In this document: in pieces, positions 1-7,700 of the stretch | How the letters are laid out: each line of letters begins with the position of its first letter | How positions within the stretch are numbered: the stretch's first letter is position 1 | IMG/VR virus record: IMGVR_UViG_3300012933_000217 | Span: 1 to 33,680 of that record | Length of the DNA: 33,680 bases | From: a virus | Lineage: Duplodnaviria; Caudoviricetes | Reading direction: 5' to 3' (one strand) | Translations under genes and position numbers: made by a program | Notes under the pieces: model-generated | What the model was told of the DNA's origin: nothing | The model's input: the letters and a program-made list of their open reading frames with translations, nothing else | The model's database searches: none

Positions 1-26
1 GCCTAGAAGGAACCGTGATGGGGGGG

Positions 27-533
27 TCATTGGGGTTTTCCCTTAAATGAATATTCATTATTCATCCTTGTCTTCTTGGTGTGACAGTTAGCACAGAGCA
101 ATTGAAACTTACCAATTGAATTCTCATCTTTCAGTATTTCTTGGTATGTATCACCTTTGCATTTTTTATGTGAGTTTGTCTTTCTAAGCAATGGTTCGAT
201 GTGGTCAAACTCCAATACATCATGGTCGTCAATACCGCACACGATACATTCACCACCGAGAGCTTGGATAGCTAACTCTCTCTTCTTGGCTCGATACCTT
301 CTATGCTTATCGTTTCTATTAATTCTCATTCGATCTGAGAATTCTTTTAGATATTCCGATTGCTCTGCTGCAACCTTCTCTCGTATGGCCTGCCTTCTCA
401 GCTTTGCTTCTTGTTGTTTCTTTAAATACGCTTGGCCTGCCTCACCAGCAAGCCAACGTTGTCGATAAAGCCTAGCCTTATCTTGGTTCTCAACTCTCCA
501 CTTGATTACGTCTTCAGGGTTCTTGTATGGCAT
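27..533 (-). CDS. HNH endonuclease with basic helical N-terminus
   Basis: Motif GGECIVCG...LEFDHIEP...QLLCANCHTKKT (CxxC, DH, CxxCH). Visibly AT-richer than neighbouring genes. Confidence 0.85.
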   Translation of the reverse strand: MPYKNPEDVIKWRVENQDKARLYRQRWLAGEAGQAYLKKQQEAKLRRQAIREKVAAEQSEYLKEFSDRMRINRNDKHRRYRAKKRELAIQALGGECIVCGIDDHDVLEFDHIEPLLRKTNSHKKCKGDTYQEILKDENSIGKFQLLCANCHTKKTRMNNEYSFKGKPQ

Positions 534-542
534 AGTGTCTAC

Positions 543-548
543 ATTATA
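543..548 (-). promoter_or_regulatory. -10 box (TATAAT) 9 nt upstream of the HNH ATG; near-leaderless transcript
   Basis: Minus strand reads CGG-TATAAT-GTAGACACT-ATG, with no SD and no clear -35. Confidence 0.5.
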
Positions 549-575
549 CCGCGACCAAGTGGATAACTCATCTCA

Positions 576-1199
576 TCACCTCTTCATCGTGTTCAAAGCT
601 CGGATCAAAGCCTCGACCATTCGTCTGTTGAAGTTTGCTTGCACCGACTTGGATGCGGTAGCGTAAATGTTGAAGCGTGGTTTGTACTCGGTCTGCAACT
701 CATAGGACGCCAACATCTCAACGGCAGAGCGACGTGATCGTTTGTAAACACCTGGCTGCTTGTTCTCGCGTTCGCCAGCGTGGAAGAGCGTGCCCGTTGG
801 CTGTGCGTACCTGCGGCGGGTTGATCGTGTGATGTTTCCGTATTTGTCTTTGGGTGCTTTGAGTGTCGGCACGAGGATTGCTTGCTTCTTTGGCTTACGG
901 ATACCACCTTCGACTTGGAACAGCAGATACTCGGCCTGCACTGGGTCGGCAATGATTGACACCTTCAGGTCGTGCTTGCTTGAGCGCTTGCCCTTGAACT
1001 TGCCGGACTTGGTCAGGAAAGCCATCTTTGTGAACGGTGTTGGCTTGTCCAGCTCTGTGTCCATGGATGCGGTGACGTCAGCGGCCACGTCGTTGGCTAC
1101 CGTGTTGAGCGCCAGTGAGGTTGCAAATGGAAGCTGCTCGCGTTGATACCAGCGCAGTTGCTTGGAAATCTCGTCCGTGTTTACTCTGATTTCGACCAT
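576..1199 (-). CDS. Putative gpZ-like tail completion/minor tail protein (207 aa)
   Basis: Start re-called to ATG 1199 (TGATG overlap with upstream stop). Basic protein with QLPFATSLALN...DKPTPFT and YKPRFNIY segments typical of this phage family. Confidence 0.55.
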   Translation of the reverse strand: MVEIRVNTDEISKQLRWYQREQLPFATSLALNTVANDVAADVTASMDTELDKPTPFTKMAFLTKSGKFKGKRSSKHDLKVSIIADPVQAEYLLFQVEGGIRKPKKQAILVPTLKAPKDKYGNITRSTRRRYAQPTGTLFHAGERENKQPGVYKRSRRSAVEMLASYELQTEYKPRFNIYATASKSVQANFNRRMVEALIRALNTMKR

Positions 1200-1447
1200 C
1201 ACAGCTCCATGTTTGGCATCGGCATCAAGACGAGCCTTTGGTTTTTTGACCGTCCTTTTTTCAGGCCTTTCTTTGTTGCCCATACGCCAATCTGCGTGCA
1301 ACTTCCAACGGTCATTGGAACGCCAATGATCTCAGCAATCTTTGAAACGGGCAACCAAACAATCTGTTCTTTTGCCATATCGAATTTCTTGTTGACCATT
1401 GTCTCAACATCAAAAAAACGCATGATGCCGCTGTCGAATTTTTCCAT
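1199..1447 (-). CDS. 82-aa protein resembling the primase-helicase C-terminal (winged-helix-like) domain
   Basis: SD AAGGAG and its own promoter. Aligns by eye with the last ~70 aa of the 1742..4048 product. Confidence 0.65.
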   Translation of the reverse strand: MEKFDSGIMRFFDVETMVNKKFDMAKEQIVWLPVSKIAEIIGVPMTVGSCTQIGVWATKKGLKKGRSKNQRLVLMPMPNMEL

Positions 1448-1473
1448 GAGAACTCCTTTTTAAACGTGGCAAT

Positions 1474-1501
1474 ATGTTAGCACAGGTGGACAAAGTGTCA
1501 A
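1474..1501 (-). promoter_or_regulatory. Sigma70-type promoter TTGACA-N16-TAACAT with TGn extended -10
   Basis: Minus strand reads TTGACA CTTTGTCCACCTGTGC TAACAT, followed by SD AAGGAG and ATG 1447. Confidence 0.65.
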
Positions 1502-1760
1502 AGCTGTCATGATTTCAAAAAAGTATTACTTTTCATTTTTTATTCATCCCGTCAAAAATCCAATGACGCGTCATGACACGTGACACCAACTTTCCAAATA
1601 GGCTACGCGTTACGCATACGCCCCTCGCGTGCGCTCCTCGCGCCCCTTGTTCTCTATATTTTCCTATTTGTTGTATATATATAGTCATAGGTGTCATAGT
1701 GGTATATATATAGGAAAATCAAAGGGTTACGGAATGACACGTTAAGTGACACGTGACACC
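1495..1760. repeat. Putative replication origin: TGACAC/GTGTCA iterons around an AT-rich core
   Basis: TGACAC at 1574, 1581, 1735, 1747, 1754; GTGTCA at 1495, 1691. 14-bp direct repeat TGACACGTGACACC at 1574 and 1747. GTATATATATAG at 1673 and 1702. Inverted repeat ATTTTCCTAT/ATAGGAAAAT at 1658/1710. Confidence 0.65.
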
Positions 1761-4048
1761 TTGATGGGTGGAATACTCAACAAACGGGCAGTTCCCTTGC
1801 GATTATGTAAGTTCCCGTTCAGCTTTCTAATAATCATGCCTGCCTTAGTCACATCGGCCTTTGTTGGGTTTTGCTTGCCAACTGCCATAAGTGCCTCAGT
1901 AGGTGTCATCCAACGCCACTCAGATGCGGACGTCTTCCAATCAAGAGAATTGGTAATTAAGTCCTCAATCGGGTCAATAACTGTAAATTCCTCATTGTGC
2001 GTGTTCAGGGCGTCCAATTCCTCAGAAGTCAAGAACCAAGACTCGCCTGGCAGGTACAGTTGCTCGTAGATTTGAGCCCAGCACTGTTGCATATCAACGC
2101 CATGGTCGTGGTCTAGCGACTCGCATTCGATCGTCCAATACCGGCGGTTTCCTGTCTCGTCGTGCAGGTAATTCTTGGGGTTCACGCTGGCGAAAAATAC
2201 TGTCCGGCGGGCGTATGCGGACTCCTTGCGGGCGTAAGCTCTGCGCAATACATCTCGGTCGCTTGTCAGGAATGATTTAAGCGCGGCCACGTCTGATTTG
2301 CGGAACGTGGCATCGATCTCGCCGAGCTCCACCAGCCAGTTTGAGACGCACTTCATGACGCTGTCGCGGTCGTCTGGCCGCAGGAGCATCCCGTCCTTGA
2401 GCACGCCAAGGGTGTCCGGCACGAGCGTTTTGAACCACTTTGTCTTGCCAATGTACTGCGCGCCCTGAAATACCAAAACGCCATGGGCTGAAACGCCGTT
2501 TGGCCGAAATGCCGCCGCGACTGCGGAGATCAGCCAACGAGTCATAAAAGCGGTCTTCATGGCCGACACGCGCGGGTCTTTGGCCTCGTTCTTGGCTTTG
2601 ACGGTTGCTATGAGCTGTGAAAGGTGGTCTTGTCCATCCCATGGGCTGCTTGTAATCCATTGCGCCACAGGGTTGTACTGATTTTGGTCGGCAAGGTAGG
2701 TCACGAAGTCCGGCACGCGGTCGACGGGCATCTTAAACTTGGCGCACTCCGATATCAGCCATGAGAGGCTTGCGTTTTGCCTGTTGTCCATGCTGAAGCC
2801 AACGGTCGGGATGAGAATTTCCTCCTCCTTGCTGATGACGTTGTAGCGCACGATCACGTTCAGCCTGCGTAAGACTTCGTTCAGGTTCTCAATGGTTGCC
2901 AGCGGCTTGCCTTTGTCGTTGGTGTTTGGAAGCCAGCCGTAATAGTCCACCATCTGAGAGGCAGGCGCTGGGAGCGATTCAGTGGGTGCAGCGGCTACCG
3001 CTTGAGAGAACACGGCACCGCTGCTTGCGGGGTTGTTTGCTTTCTCAACCGCTGCTGGGCCGGTCGGAGGCAGGTCACTCGCCGCATTGACCTTTGGCTG
3101 ATTATCAGGTGCTGCAACGAATATTGCGCTGTTAATACGGGTTTTTACTGATTCGAGCGATTCGCTTGTGTGCAGGTCGTTGAAGTCCGTTCCTTTGCCG
3201 CGCTCGTCTTCCCAGCGTGGCGTGGCTATCTTTGCACGTATTTCTGTGGCCGCTTCAACCGCCGCCAAGATGCCAGGATTCCATGCCTCGCCTGCCTGCG
3301 GGTGGCTTGCGGGTCGCACCGTGAATGCGTCGTCGTCCGCCGCAATAATGATCTCGGCCTCGGGTAGCGCGGCGCGTATTTTCTTGGCGACCGTCTTGAT
3401 GTTGCCCGCGTTGAAGGCCACCACCACGCAATAGCCCGTTGCGGCTCGGATGGACATGCCTGTGGCCCAGCCCTCGCAGATTACGACCGGCCCGAGCTTG
3501 GATGGCTTGCCGAGCACCGTGTATGCGCCGGTGATGGGCGTGCCTTTCAGGAATTTCTTTTCCCCGTCTTCGGCGATGCGCTGGAGGCCAACAATAGCGC
3601 CAGGGCCATGGCGCAGTGGAATCAGCAGCTCGCCGTTTAATACTCGGGTGCATTCGGTGCCGACCTGCTTGCGCACGCCGTAGGGGTGGCTCATCTCTTG
3701 AGCCTGCTCCCACATTTGGGCCGATCTTGTTGCGCACTCAGCGCGCTCGCGTACTGCCTCGGCCTCGCGCTGGGCCTTGGCATCGTCCATTTTCTTGCGC
3801 CACGCTTGTTTTTCTTCGGGCGTGAACTCGCGTTTGTTCTTGGATGACCATGTGGCGTCGATCTGCGACCGGTTGCATCCGAAGCGGCCAGCGGGTCGCT
3901 CGTCATCGTGGAAAACATACCAACCGGCCTTGTCGCGCGGGTTGCCGTTTGAGCTGAACCGCTGGATTTTCCCATCGCCAATAATCTCGTCAGGGGGCGT
4001 CAAACCCGCTGCGGCAATGGCGTCTCTAAATTCTTGTTGTGCATTCAT
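1742..4048 (-). CDS. Primase-helicase: Toprim domain + VirE/VapE-like P-loop ATPase
   Basis: Toprim motifs ICEGWATG, AFNAGN, IIAADDD, TDFNDL. Walker A GAQYIGKT, then LVELGEID, RRAYAR, DETGNRRYW. Confidence 0.9.
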   Translation of the reverse strand: MNAQQEFRDAIAAAGLTPPDEIIGDGKIQRFSSNGNPRDKAGWYVFHDDERPAGRFGCNRSQIDATWSSKNKREFTPEEKQAWRKKMDDAKAQREAEAVRERAECATRSAQMWEQAQEMSHPYGVRKQVGTECTRVLNGELLIPLRHGPGAIVGLQRIAEDGEKKFLKGTPITGAYTVLGKPSKLGPVVICEGWATGMSIRAATGYCVVVAFNAGNIKTVAKKIRAALPEAEIIIAADDDAFTVRPASHPQAGEAWNPGILAAVEAATEIRAKIATPRWEDERGKGTDFNDLHTSESLESVKTRINSAIFVAAPDNQPKVNAASDLPPTGPAAVEKANNPASSGAVFSQAVAAAPTESLPAPASQMVDYYGWLPNTNDKGKPLATIENLNEVLRRLNVIVRYNVISKEEEILIPTVGFSMDNRQNASLSWLISECAKFKMPVDRVPDFVTYLADQNQYNPVAQWITSSPWDGQDHLSQLIATVKAKNEAKDPRVSAMKTAFMTRWLISAVAAAFRPNGVSAHGVLVFQGAQYIGKTKWFKTLVPDTLGVLKDGMLLRPDDRDSVMKCVSNWLVELGEIDATFRKSDVAALKSFLTSDRDVLRRAYARKESAYARRTVFFASVNPKNYLHDETGNRRYWTIECESLDHDHGVDMQQCWAQIYEQLYLPGESWFLTSEELDALNTHNEEFTVIDPIEDLITNSLDWKTSASEWRWMTPTEALMAVGKQNPTKADVTKAGMIIRKLNGNLHNRKGTARLLSIPPIKVSRVT

Positions 4049-4134
4049 ACCTGGCTCTCAAAACTGGCGAAAAAGTGGGGCAGCACTCGCCAGGGTCATG
4101 CCTTGTCGCCTGATAGCTAGTCAGGCCAAGCCCC
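4049..4134 (-). ncRNA. Candidate structured leader RNA (copy B) upstream of primase
   Basis: P1 GGGGC/GCCCC; P2 GCCTGA-CTAGCTA-TCAGGC; linker GACAAG; P3 GCAT/GTGC with loop GACCCTGGCGA, complementary to downstream TCGCCAG and GCCAGG. Confidence 0.6.
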
Positions 4135-4140
4135 GATCAA

Positions 4141-4149
4141 AATATACCA
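4141..4149 (-). promoter_or_regulatory. Extended -10 promoter (TGG-TATATT) ahead of the primase leader RNA
   Basis: TGnTATATT ends 6 nt before stem P1 of the leader. Confidence 0.5.
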
Positions 4150-4153
4150 TGGT

Positions 4154-4483
4154 TTATTGCGGTTTACGCAACACCCACAAAGCAGAATCTACCGATCGGA
4201 CGACGTCAGCAAGAGCGCCACGGTTGCGCATTGAGTTTAGAAACGCGTGCTGCGCTGCAGAGATTCGTCCCGTTTCCGTCTTGACTTCTAGGAAAAATGG
4301 CCGACGATCGTTGGTGAAGCCGAACAAATCACTGAAGCCAACCGGCAATCCAGACTTCACGGGCCGACCGTCTTTCGTGAAAAACAGTCCCACGTTCCCT
4401 CGAAACACCATGTGCCCATTGGCTGACAGCGCCAGCATGATTGATCGCATTAAATCTGCCTCGGATAGTTTTTTCTCAGTCAT
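4154..4483 (-). CDS. VRR-NUC domain nuclease
   Basis: SEADLM...FRGNVG...GFSDLFG...FLEVKTETGRISAAQ (PD-(D/E)xK pattern). Start re-called to ATG 4483 (ATGA overlap). Confidence 0.85.
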   Translation of the reverse strand: MTEKKLSEADLMRSIMLALSANGHMVFRGNVGLFFTKDGRPVKSGLPVGFSDLFGFTNDRRPFFLEVKTETGRISAAQHAFLNSMRNRGALADVVRSVDSALWVLRKPQ

Positions 4484-4719
4484 CGCACCGTCCACAAATT
4501 CTTAACCACCTCGGCCAACCGCAACCCAGCCGCCTCGCCACGTTTTTTCGTGATGCCATCAATGTACTCGCGCCGGTCGTACTTGCTTGGCAACGAGATC
4601 ACATGGCGAGCCTCGCACTCCTCTCGGTAATCCTCGCAGAAGTTGCAGACGTTGCGCCCGTCCGAGAGCGTCACCATCGGCCCTGTCTCGCATCGCTGGC
4701 ATCCAAGGCACTCAGACAC
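4480..4719 (-). CDS. Small Cys-rich hypothetical protein (possible Zn finger)
   Basis: CLGCQRC...CNFC...ECEAR. GTG start overlaps the helicase end and the stop overlaps the next start. Confidence 0.65.
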   Translation of the reverse strand: MSECLGCQRCETGPMVTLSDGRNVCNFCEDYREECEARHVISLPSKYDRREYIDGITKKRGEAAGLRLAEVVKNLWTVR

Positions 4720-6100
4720 GGCGAGCCTCTTTTGCGTGGCGTGCACGAAGCACATGGCGGGCCCACAGCTCTGGTCGCTTCATCCCGCGAGCGCGTCCAA
4801 TGGCCACCAAGTCCTGCTCCGTTTGCGCCCGCCCCTGCTCCATGCGTTTTGCCTTGGCTGCGGCTTGCAGGTCGATCTCTTGGAGTTCGCCATCGACGTG
4901 GTTTACCTCGCGCTTGACGACTGGGAACTCATAGCCGCAGGAGCAATGCGTCGCCATGGCCGCAACGGTTGCAAAGCATGAGCCGCAGGTCTTGACCGGC
5001 ACTTCTGACTTCTTGGCCGCTTTCTTCTTGGATGAGCCATCCAATGACCATAAGTGCTCCTCGTCTGGCAGGCCGTGACGCTTAACGTTTCCAGCGTGGT
5101 CAAGAATAATGGCCTCGGTCTTGCCATCAAAGATGCGCAGTGCCCGCCCGACCTGCTGCAAATACAGCCCAAGCGACTGGGTTGGCCGAAGCAAGATTGC
5201 GGCCTCAATGGAAGGCACGTCGAAACCCTCGGAGATCAAATCGCATGACGTGATGATCTGGATGCGACCCTCTGCAAATTCCTTTAAAAGCGACTGGCGC
5301 AACCCGCGCTCCATCGAACCGTCGATAGCTTGCGCCGTGATGCCAGCGGCCCTGAATTGCTCGGCCACATGGTTGGCGTGCGCAACGGAGACGCAAAACG
5401 CCACCGCGCGACGTCCAGGAGCGAGGCGTTGGTAGTGGGAAACAGCATCTCCGGTCACGGATGGCTTGTCGATCGCCGCCTCAAGCTCCGATTTCACGAA
5501 GTCGCCCATGCGGGTGTGCACACCTGATAGATCGACACCAGCCGGAGCGAACAGGCGGTATGGGCTTAACGCACCAAGCTCAATCAGCTCGCGCATTGTT
5601 GGCCCTTGCACCATGCACTCAAACAAATCGCCCAATCCTTCGCCTGAGAGCCGTATTGGTGTGGCCGTGACGCCCAGCAGCTTGGCCTTCGGGAATTCCT
5701 TAATGACCTTACCCCATGTGCTGTCGCTGATCGCGTGATGGGCCTCGTCCACGATGATTAAATCCGGCGGGTCGTAACGCTCCATGCGCCTCACCATCGT
5801 GAACACAGACGCGACCTGCACCTTCTGGCGTCTGTCAGACATATAGCCAGGTGCGACCATTCCGTGAGCCACATTAAAAACGCTCAAGGTGCGCGAGATT
5901 TGCTCTAGCAGCTCAACGCGGTGGGCAAGAATCCAGACGGTGAGGTTTTTCTCGACCGCCTTTGCTGTCATATAAGAAAATAAAACAGTTTTTCCACCAC
6001 CAGTGCTTAGTACGAGAAGCTGGGCGCGTTTGCCCGTTATGAAGTTTGCCCGCGTGCGCTCAATAAGCGTGTTTTGGTAGGGGCGGAGGGTGATGGTCAT
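4712..6100 (-). CDS. Superfamily 2 DEAH helicase with C-terminal Zn finger
   Basis: LRPYQ, Walker A STGGGKT, DEAHH, TATP, SEGFDVP, QQVGRALR, CGSC...CSCG. Start re-called to ATG 6100. Confidence 0.92.
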   Translation of the reverse strand: MTITLRPYQNTLIERTRANFITGKRAQLLVLSTGGGKTVLFSYMTAKAVEKNLTVWILAHRVELLEQISRTLSVFNVAHGMVAPGYMSDRRQKVQVASVFTMVRRMERYDPPDLIIVDEAHHAISDSTWGKVIKEFPKAKLLGVTATPIRLSGEGLGDLFECMVQGPTMRELIELGALSPYRLFAPAGVDLSGVHTRMGDFVKSELEAAIDKPSVTGDAVSHYQRLAPGRRAVAFCVSVAHANHVAEQFRAAGITAQAIDGSMERGLRQSLLKEFAEGRIQIITSCDLISEGFDVPSIEAAILLRPTQSLGLYLQQVGRALRIFDGKTEAIILDHAGNVKRHGLPDEEHLWSLDGSSKKKAAKKSEVPVKTCGSCFATVAAMATHCSCGYEFPVVKREVNHVDGELQEIDLQAAAKAKRMEQGRAQTEQDLVAIGRARGMKRPELWARHVLRARHAKEARRV

Positions 6101-7353
6101 TTTGGTGCCCCAGAGATTTCCAAGGCCAAGTTGATTCGTTCTCCAATCCATCGCACCACAGGCACAGCCCATGAGTTGCCAAGCGCCTTGTATCGAGGCC
6201 CATCAGGTGCTTCGGTGGCCTTACGCCATGGAATGTTTGTGTAGTTGTCAGGAAAGCCCTGCAAGCGCTCGCATTCGACTGGTGTTAGCCTGCGCACTGC
6301 CATTGACGCATAAACAGCATGGCTGTGCCCCTTAGTTAAAGTAAAAGAAGGGTCGCCAGCTTCACCAATGCCAAAACCTGTGCGTTCACCAAGCTGATTG
6401 TGACGAGTTGCAATCATTGTGTTGATCGGCATCGCCTGCATTAATGCGTTTTCGTCTCCATTATTTCGCCCAAGCGTAAACGCAAGGCCATCGCTTTCAC
6501 ATGGGTCTTGAGTTCCGTGAACAACAAAATCCTCAGTCTCGAAGTCATAGCGCATATTGCCGCCAGCCGTAAGACATTTGGCTGTTTGAACGGTCACGCA
6601 GAAGTCGAGTTCGTTGGCGTTTCCTGCGGGCCGATTGAGTCCGCCACCATTCGCAGTGAGCGTTCCAGCGCACTCGGTAACGTCTTTTTTCGTTTCTCGG
6701 CTCGGCGCAAAATCCCTGCGCAGGCCATCGAACTCAAAAAGAACCGAGGCGGGATCGAATCCGTTTCGAGAACTTGCGACAACAAACACACGGCGGCGGC
6801 GTTGGGCCACTCCGAAATATTGGGCGTCAAGAATGCGCCACGCGACTGCTCTTTTGGGGCCAAACACAGCACCAGCGTTCGACCATTTTTCCCCTGACGG
6901 GACAAGTGGCTCATCTTCTCCGGCAAGTCCTGCAAGAAAGCAGCCGAAGGCGTTATCTTTGGTGCTGAGAACCCCTGGGACGTTTTCCCAAAAAATGATG
7001 GCTGGCTCAAGTCCAATTCCATCTCTGGCAGTGTCAATTGCATTTGCTATCTCGCAAAAAGTTAGTGAAAGATTGCCGCGCTCATCGTCAAGCGACTTGC
7101 GTGTTCCGGCAACGCTGAATGCTTGGCATGGTGTGCCGCCGCAAAATAAATCTGGCGCTTCGACCTCTCCGCTTGAGATGCGGTTGGGCAAAGTTGTCAT
7201 GTCGCCAAGGTTAGGGACGTCAGGATAGTGGTGCGCAAGCACCGCACTTGGAAAGGGCTCAATCTCAGACAGCCAAGCGGCATTCCATCCAAGCGGATGC
7301 CAAGCCACGGATGCCGCCTCAATGCCTGAGCATACGGAGCCGAATTTAATCAT
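6097..7353 (-). CDS. DNA (cytosine-5) methyltransferase
   Basis: Motif I SVCSGIE, IV GTPCQAFS, VI WENVPG, VIII QRRRRVF, IX RRLTPVECERLQGFP, X RYKALGNS. Start re-called to ATG 7353. Confidence 0.93.
   Translation of the reverse strand: MIKFGSVCSGIEAASVAWHPLGWNAAWLSEIEPFPSAVLAHHYPDVPNLGDMTTLPNRISSGEVEAPDLFCGGTPCQAFSVAGTRKSLDDERGNLSLTFCEIANAIDTARDGIGLEPAIIFWENVPGVLSTKDNAFGCFLAGLAGEDEPLVPSGEKWSNAGAVFGPKRAVAWRILDAQYFGVAQRRRRVFVVASSRNGFDPASVLFEFDGLRRDFAPSRETKKDVTECAGTLTANGGGLNRPAGNANELDFCVTVQTAKCLTAGGNMRYDFETEDFVVHGTQDPCESDGLAFTLGRNNGDENALMQAMPINTMIATRHNQLGERTGFGIGEAGDPSFTLTKGHSHAVYASMAVRRLTPVECERLQGFPDNYTNIPWRKATEAPDGPRYKALGNSWAVPVVRWIGERINLALEISGAPK
6594..7043 (-). CDS. Nested alternative-frame ORF, M.EcoHK31I beta-polypeptide-like
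   Basis: 149-codon ATG-started ORF in the +1 frame inside the methyltransferase. Segment NISEWPNAAAVCLLSQVLET...RFFLS...ILRRAEKRKKTLPSALERSL matches my recollection of the beta polypeptide. Confidence 0.65.
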   Translation of the reverse strand: MQLTLPEMELDLSQPSFFGKTSQGFSAPKITPSAAFLQDLPEKMSHLSRQGKNGRTLVLCLAPKEQSRGAFLTPNISEWPNAAAVCLLSQVLETDSIPPRFFLSSMACAGILRRAEKRKKTLPSALERSLRMVADSIGPQETPTNSTSA

Positions 7354-7595
7354 TCGACCACGCAAATCAAATCCTCCGCACTCAGGCTCACGTTATGAGC
7401 CTTGGCGAGTGTTAAAACCCGATTTTGCAGGGCCGATGGGACGCAGCCGCCGGTGCCGCCTTCCTTTTTGGACTTGCGCCAACGGCTGATTGATGATGCG
7501 TTGCGGCCTAGCAATTTAGCAAGGGTGCGCACGCCGCCGAAGGCTTGGATGCACTTATCGGCAGGTGTTGTGGGTGTTGCGTTTTCTGTATTCAT
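7350..7595 (-). CDS. Cro/YdaS-like HTH regulator (81 aa)
   Basis: IQAFGGVRTLAKLLGRNASSISRWR...G.VP pattern. First gene of the leftward operon, with ATGA coupling to the methyltransferase. Confidence 0.8.
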   Translation of the reverse strand: MNTENATPTTPADKCIQAFGGVRTLAKLLGRNASSISRWRKSKKEGGTGGCVPSALQNRVLTLAKAHNVSLSAEDLICVVE

Positions 7596-7601
7596 GCGCA
7601 A

Positions 7602-7610
7602 AGTATAGCA
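7602..7610 (-). promoter_or_regulatory. Extended -10 promoter (TGC-TATACT) giving a probable leaderless mRNA
   Basis: TATACT lies 6 nt before ATG 7595 and there is no SD. Confidence 0.6.
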
Positions 7611-7660
7611 AAAAACGCAACGGGTTATCTGTGGAAAATAAGCAACGCAAATACATTTAT

Positions 7661-7691
7661 TTGCACTTAGTCGCATTTCTTGATGTATAGT
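7661..7691 (+). promoter_or_regulatory. Rightward early promoter TTGCAC-N19-TATAGT
   Basis: Lies in the divergent intergenic region ahead of SD GGAGAG and ATG 7735. The spacer is longer than optimal. Confidence 0.45.
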
Positions 7692-7700
7692 TGCGTTCAT

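Noticed and set aside
1495-1760. Short repeats considered as a mini CRISPR array
   Set aside because: Repeats are 6-14 bp, in both orientations and irregularly spaced, and no cas genes are present. They fit iterons better.
3777-4505. 242-aa plus-strand ORF spanning the primase start and VRR-NUC
   Set aside because: Antisense to two well-supported genes and a regulatory leader; no motifs.
4154-7353. Methyltransferase + helicase + nuclease read as a restriction-modification or defence system
   Set aside because: SF2 helicase, VRR-NUC and primase form a common phage replication module. The methyltransferase is better explained as an orphan anti-restriction enzyme.
558-7638. DnaA-box-like 9-mers near three minus-strand promoters (TTATCCACT 558-566, TTGTCCACC 1485-1493, TTTTCCACA 7630-7638)
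   Set aside because: All are single, imperfect and at inconsistent distances (9, 5 and 22 nt) from the -10 boxes; could be chance.
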